64,000 nt of DNA from Syntrophobacterales bacterium. GTDB lineage: Bacteria; Desulfobacterota; Syntrophorhabdia; Syntrophorhabdales; Syntrophorhabdaceae. The DNA is taken from NCBI GenBank assembly GCA_031274925.1, contig JAISPL010000037.1, positions 1,231 through 65,230 on the forward strand. Reading direction: 5' to 3'. This document shows, piece after piece, positions 59,665-64,000 of the stretch (position 1 is its first letter; each line of letters opens with the position of its first letter). The notes under the pieces were generated by a model. It ran no database searches and was not told the DNA's origin. It worked only from the letters and a program-made list of their open reading frames with translations. The position numbers and the translations under genes were made by a program.

Positions 59665-60765
59665 ATGTCGAAGGTATATTTTACAGATCTAAGGACATCA
59701 CCGAAACGAAACCTTTTTAATAAAATAGAAGACCTGTTGAATCGGACTAAAATCGATACAAAAATTGCACTGAATGACCTAGTAGCGGTAAAGCTCCATT
59801 TTGGCGAATATGGAGGCACAGCCTTTCTCAGGCCTGTTTATCTCAGGATCGTGGTGGACCGGGTCAAGAAGGCAGGGGGGAAGCCGTTCCTTACGGACAC
59901 GAACACCCTCTATGCTGGTTCCAGGAGTGATTCCGTAAGTCACCTCTCCACCGCCATGGCGAACGGTTTTGACTACTCGTGCACCGGTGCGCCCATTATC
60001 ATCGCAGACGGACTTCGAGGGGCAAACGGCGAAAAAATATCAATTCCCGGAGAAGAACTGAAAGAAGTGAGCATCGCCAGAGAAATAGTGAATGCGGACG
60101 CAATGGTTGTGGTAACCCATGTCAAGGCCCATGATATTTCGGGATTCGGAGGAGCACTCAAGAATCTGGGTATGGGGTGCGCAACAAGGGAAGGAAAACT
60201 TGTTCAGCACAGCACCGTAGCGCCTATGATCAACCCTAAGCAATGCAAAGGCTGTAAATTTTGCCTCAAATACTGTCCTGCCGGGGCTATTTCCATGATG
60301 GATAAAAAAGCCGAGATCAGAGAGGGATGTATAGGTTGCGGAGAATGCGTCATCGTGTGCCCTCAAAATGCTGTTGAGATACAGTGGAATCAAGCCCAGG
60401 ATGTTTTTCAGAAGAAAATAGTGGAGTACGCGTACGGCGCTGTGAAAGGAAAGGAGAAGAAAACGGTCTACCTCAACTTCATCGTGCAGGTCAGCCCTTC
60501 GTGCGATTGTTATCCCCACAGCGACGCAGCCATAGTACAGGATATTGGGATTCTTGCGTCCGCAGACCCGGTGGCAATAGATACGGCCTCATGTGATCTC
60601 ATACACGGCCAGCCGTCATTGCCCAATACCGCCATTAAGACCGTGCTCGCGCCTGGATCGGATAAGTGGCGCGCCCTCTTCCCAGGGATTGACTGGACCA
60701 TCCAGTTGAGCCACGGCGAGAAGTTAGGTCTTGGCGAGAAAGCCTACACTATTGTAAAAATATAG
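59665..60765 (+). CDS. DUF362 domain protein with an inserted 2x[4Fe-4S] ferredoxin domain
   Basis: 366 aa. N-terminus VAVKLHFGE...PFLTDTNTLY (DUF362). Two motifs, CKGCKFCLKYCP and CIGCGECVIVCP. Confidence 0.75.
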   Translation: MSKVYFTDLRTSPKRNLFNKIEDLLNRTKIDTKIALNDLVAVKLHFGEYGGTAFLRPVYLRIVVDRVKKAGGKPFLTDTNTLYAGSRSDSVSHLSTAMANGFDYSCTGAPIIIADGLRGANGEKISIPGEELKEVSIAREIVNADAMVVVTHVKAHDISGFGGALKNLGMGCATREGKLVQHSTVAPMINPKQCKGCKFCLKYCPAGAISMMDKKAEIREGCIGCGECVIVCPQNAVEIQWNQAQDVFQKKIVEYAYGAVKGKEKKTVYLNFIVQVSPSCDCYPHSDAAIVQDIGILASADPVAIDTASCDLIHGQPSLPNTAIKTVLAPGSDKWRALFPGIDWTIQLSHGEKLGLGEKAYTIVKI

Positions 60766-61164
60766 CGGACCATGGAGGTCCATAAAACAACTTCTTCCGT
60801 TTGAAACAGAGAGGCGTGACCGATCGCCATAGCAAGAAGAAACGGCAGGATAGCTCTAAATTAACTTCAGTTCAGGCGTGTGCTGGAAATTCGTCCCTCA
60901 GCTTCCACAATGAAGATTAAGGAAATAAAAACAGTTCGCTATTCCCATTCTACTCCATGGACACCATCCTTCAAAACCCTTTTCAACGGAAAATTTTCCC
61001 ACAAACACCGGGTGACGACCTCTGGCCATAGCCAGGACCGGCTTGAAAGAAGCCCGACAAATAGTTATAATTATATATATAAAATAAACGAAGTCATGCC
61101 AAGCGGCAAAAATAGACACATCAATATGCATTAACATAAAGTGGGGTTAAGAGGGAGATAATCT

Positions 61165-62220
61165 ATGTACGAACAAGGCGTCATCAGGCCACCGAGTGAA
61201 GCTAGTAGCCTGCTCCTCAGGGTAACAAGGAACTGCCCATGGAACCAGTGCGTTTTTTGTCCCGCCTATAAAGGGACCAAGTTTTCCAAAAGAACAGTTG
61301 CAGAGGTAAAGAAGGACATCGATAGCATGGCCGTGGACTACAAGGGATACGGGGAACAAATCCAGTCGGCGTTCCTGCAGGACGGCGACAGCCTTCTCCT
61401 TCCCACAGCCCAGGTACTCGAGATATTGCTGTATCTCAAGGAAAAGTTCCCTAACATAAAGCGAATTACGACTTACGCCAGGGCTCCCACCTTGCGGAAG
61501 AAAGGCGTAGAGGAACTGGTTCAGTTGAGAGAAGCAGGTTTGACCAGAATCCATGCTGGCTTGGAGAGTGGTTCGGCGAAAGTGCTCAAAATTATAAAAA
61601 AAGGTATTACCCCGGAAGATATTGTCGAGGGAGGCAGAAAGGTTGTAGAAGCAGGAATATCCCTTTCGGAATATATCATGCCTGGAGTCGGAGGATACAC
61701 GCTAAGCGAAGAACACGCGCGGGAAACGGCAAGGCTTCTTAATCTTGTCAGGCCCGATTTCATCAGGGTCCGCACTTTTGCCCTCCATCCCCAGTCACCG
61801 CTCAACAAAATGGTGGAGGAAGGCGCATTTATACCAATGAGCGACGACGCAATGGTAGCCGAGATACGCCTCCTCGTGTCAAGCCTTGATGAAATGCACA
61901 GCTATTTTTCATGCGGTGATTACAGCCCCAACCTCCTGATGCAGGTCGACGGATACCTGTACGAGAAGAAAGCTTACATGCTTCAGGAACTTGACAGCTT
62001 CCTAGCTCTTACGGCGGAACAAAGACAGGCTTATTCACTTCTCAGAAGAACCTCGTACATGAACTACCCCATTGATGTGGTTCTCAATGAAGCTACAATG
62101 AGACAAATAAGGCCTGAGATAGAAAAACTGGAAAAAAGCGGGAAGGACGGTTTCAACAAGTATATTCAACGCCTCATGTCGTTTCAGATCCCTCAGCCTC
62201 AGACGGATAACTGGAAGTGA
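61165..62220 (+). CDS. radical SAM superfamily protein with non-canonical cluster spacing
   Basis: 351 aa. IRPPSEASSLLLRVTRNCPWNQCVFCPAYKG gives a CX4CX2C motif. TIM-barrel-like GLESGS and GVGG motifs follow. SD GAGGGAG. Confidence 0.7.
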   Translation: MYEQGVIRPPSEASSLLLRVTRNCPWNQCVFCPAYKGTKFSKRTVAEVKKDIDSMAVDYKGYGEQIQSAFLQDGDSLLLPTAQVLEILLYLKEKFPNIKRITTYARAPTLRKKGVEELVQLREAGLTRIHAGLESGSAKVLKIIKKGITPEDIVEGGRKVVEAGISLSEYIMPGVGGYTLSEEHARETARLLNLVRPDFIRVRTFALHPQSPLNKMVEEGAFIPMSDDAMVAEIRLLVSSLDEMHSYFSCGDYSPNLLMQVDGYLYEKKAYMLQELDSFLALTAEQRQAYSLLRRTSYMNYPIDVVLNEATMRQIRPEIEKLEKSGKDGFNKYIQRLMSFQIPQPQTDNWK

Positions 62221-63358
62221 GATATGAGTGCCTCTTAGGCAAAGGTCCCAAATATTGATAGAGGTAGCACTTTATGCCACCGTTAAATATTTTTCTGTTC
62301 TTGTCGGCTCTTTTACCGAAGAATTTTTGAAAATAGGGATGGGCGGCGAACATGAAGAAAGACCAACTGTCAAGCCCTTGAAATACATTCCCCATCGTTC
62401 TGTACAGCCGTTCTATTTCTCTCGATTCTCCGAGCCGTTCACCGTAAGGGGGATTACAGACAATACAGCCATATTTCTTTCGGGAGCGAAATTCCTCCAC
62501 AGGTAATTTTTGAAATGCCACATAGTCGGCAACACCGGCTTGAAGGGCATTGGCGCGGGCCTTTTTCAAAACCTCTCCATCATTATCAGAAGCAAGAATT
62601 CTGAATTCCATATCTTTAATCTGGCTCTGCGCTTCTTCCCGTGCCTCTTCCCAGATATCTTTCGGCATCTGCGGCCATTCTTCAGAGATAAATGATCGCT
62701 TGAGGCCAGGAGCGATATTTTTGCCCATAAGGGCAGCCTCTATGGCAATGGTCCCTGACCCACACATGGGGTCAACCAATATTCTGTCCGGAGTCCAGCG
62801 GCTCAGCATCACAAGGGCAGCGGCAATGGTCTCCCGAAGTGGAGCCTCCCCCGCATCCACCCTGTAACCCCTTTTATGGAGGCCAGGCCCTGATGTATCC
62901 ATGGTCAGAGTTGCCATATCCTTAAGCATGGATATCTCTATCTTGTACACCGGACCCGATTCTTCGAACCATTCAGTCCGGTATTTCCTTTTCATCGCCT
63001 CCACCACCGCCCTTTTCACGATGGCCTGGCAATCCTTGACACTGAACAACTGCGACTTTACCGATTTTCCCACAATGTGCATTTTACCCGTCAGTGGAAT
63101 AATCTCTTCCCAACCCACTTTCATAGTACCCTGGAACAGTTCCTCAAAATCCATCGCGGGGAACTCCGCCACTTTGATTAACACTCTGTCCGCCGTCCTG
63201 AGCCGGATATTGCAGCGGGCGATGTCACGCTCACTTCCCTTGAATGAGACCTTTCCGTTCTCCAAAGTCAAGAGCTCGTATCCCAGGGCCTTCAATTCGA
63301 GGGCAACCACAGATTCAAGACCGAATGTTGAAGTTGCAATTATTGTGCATTGAGCCAT
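62174..63358 (-). CDS. THUMP-domain class I SAM-dependent RNA (m2G-type) methyltransferase (RlmL/YpsC-like)
   Basis: N-terminal THUMP domain, SAM motif I DPMCGSGTI, catalytic NPPYGERLG. I prefer ATG 63358 over TTG 63370. The 3' end overlaps the convergent radical SAM gene by 47 nt. Confidence 0.8.
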   Translation of the reverse strand: MAQCTIIATSTFGLESVVALELKALGYELLTLENGKVSFKGSERDIARCNIRLRTADRVLIKVAEFPAMDFEELFQGTMKVGWEEIIPLTGKMHIVGKSVKSQLFSVKDCQAIVKRAVVEAMKRKYRTEWFEESGPVYKIEISMLKDMATLTMDTSGPGLHKRGYRVDAGEAPLRETIAAALVMLSRWTPDRILVDPMCGSGTIAIEAALMGKNIAPGLKRSFISEEWPQMPKDIWEEAREEAQSQIKDMEFRILASDNDGEVLKKARANALQAGVADYVAFQKLPVEEFRSRKKYGCIVCNPPYGERLGESREIERLYRTMGNVFQGLDSWSFFMFAAHPYFQKFFGKRADKNRKIFNGGIKCYLYQYLGPLPKRHSYLTSSYPSEAEGSETT

Positions 63359-63539
63359 ATCTGTTCTCAAGACCCCCCAAAGCTATGCCCGCTGGCCGGT
63401 CGCACAATGTGCTGGCAACTCTTGAAACTTAATAAAATATTCGTTGAGTACGCTTTATTATATATCAATTTATAAGACACAGGACAGTGGAATACGTGCG
63501 AAAGATCGTACAAAAGCGGTTCGGAAAGGCAGCCTGATA

Positions 63540-64000
63540 TCACGGGTTCATCACCATTTCCAGCTCAAGTTTCCGCCGTAAAGTCTTCGCCAAGTCGGCA
63601 TAACGTTTTCCATCCTCTTTTCTTCCCATCCTCTTGTATAGCTGCCCCATGAGAGCGTAGAGGTTTGCCAGATTCGGGTAGTCCGGCTCTGGTTCAGCCT
63701 CCAGTATGGAGAGCGACTGGGCGCACATTTGCTTCGCCTCTTCAAGCTTGCCCTGGGCAAGACATGAGGCTGCCAAGGTCCCGGACTTTAAAGCCGTTTC
63801 CCTGTGCTCATGCCCCATCGCCTTCTCCGTTATCGCAAGGGCACGCCGATAAAGCGGCTCCGCCATGGCAGATTTGCGGCCGTAGTAATAGGCGTGGCCT
63901 ATATTGCCGAGAATAAAAGCAACCCCCATGTGGTCGGGCCCCAGCTTCCTCTCTTTTGTCGCAAGGGAGCGCTCGAAAAATCTTATAGCTTCCGTGTATT
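63540..64000 (-). CDS. TPR-repeat protein, C-terminal part (runs off the right edge)
   Basis: The reading frame stays open upstream of the track's Met (..EAIRFFERSLATKERKLGPDHMGVAFILGNIGHAYYY..). Repeated A..YRRAL.I.EK..G..H motifs are typical of TPR_12-type repeats. Confidence 0.65.
   Translation of the reverse strand, partial: YTEAIRFFERSLATKERKLGPDHMGVAFILGNIGHAYYYGRKSAMAEPLYRRALAITEKAMGHEHRETALKSGTLAASCLAQGKLEEAKQMCAQSLSILEAEPEPDYPNLANLYALMGQLYKRMGRKEDGKRYADLAKTLRRKLELEMVMNP

Noticed and set aside
59585-59665. 27-aa N-terminal extension of the acyl-CoA dehydrogenase in the ORF track
   Set aside because: The extension has no SD and overlaps the divergent DUF362 promoter. Met28 has a perfect SD and matches the usual ACAD N-terminus.

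Overview
This 64-kb window looks like ordinary chromosome from a diderm, anaerobe-type bacterium. The gene content (BamA/Skp/Lpx/MsbA/WaaA, flavodiiron protein, rubredoxin, rubrerythrin, a GcdA-type carboxyltransferase, many Fe-S and radical-SAM proteins) resembles Desulfobacterota/Syntrophia-like lineages; that placement is inference only. I can support about 56 protein genes, all assigned by reading translations and motifs by eye, with no searches run.

Main blocks:
- 1-6.3 kb (-): BioF-like fragment, GcdA-like carboxyltransferase, AICARFT-only PurH, transketolase, Nth.
- 7-14.5 kb (+): LigA, MTA-phosphorylase-like, MtaD, a second Nth, an S1-domain protein.
- 14.9-15.9 kb: a decayed IS256-family element.
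- 16.2-21 kb (-): a coxMSL-ordered molybdenum hydroxylase operon with CoxG and two small Cys/His-rich ORFs.
- 22.7-24.5 kb (+): a compact HNH / HIT / nucleoside-phosphorylase cassette.
- 24.5-25.2 kb (-): a stand-alone rplC.
- 25.3-32 kb: YgiQ, an SLT lytic transglycosylase, a GlcD-like oxidase, GlnRS.
- 32.5-44.1 kb (-): the long envelope operon bamA-skp-lpxD-fabZ-lpxA-(Gfo/Idh/MocA)-lpxB-msbA-DUF374-waaA-mazG.
- 44.9-49.3 kb (-): livKHMGF.
- 49.4-51.3 kb: a gene-poor stretch with broken HTH genes.
- 51.3-64 kb: a metallophosphoesterase, FeoAB, an O2-detoxification cluster (Isf-like, rubrerythrin, rubredoxin, flavodiiron protein), a thioesterase, an acyl-CoA dehydrogenase, a DUF362 ferredoxin, an unusual radical-SAM protein, a THUMP methyltransferase and a TPR protein.

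I saw no rRNA, tRNA or CRISPR array. I found no clearly novel multi-gene system. The best candidates for a second look are the HNH-HIT-PNP cassette, the orphan rplC, the uncharacterised Mo-hydroxylase operon with its small metal-binding ORFs, the CX4CX2C radical-SAM protein, and two frameshifts that both sit in A9 homopolymers.
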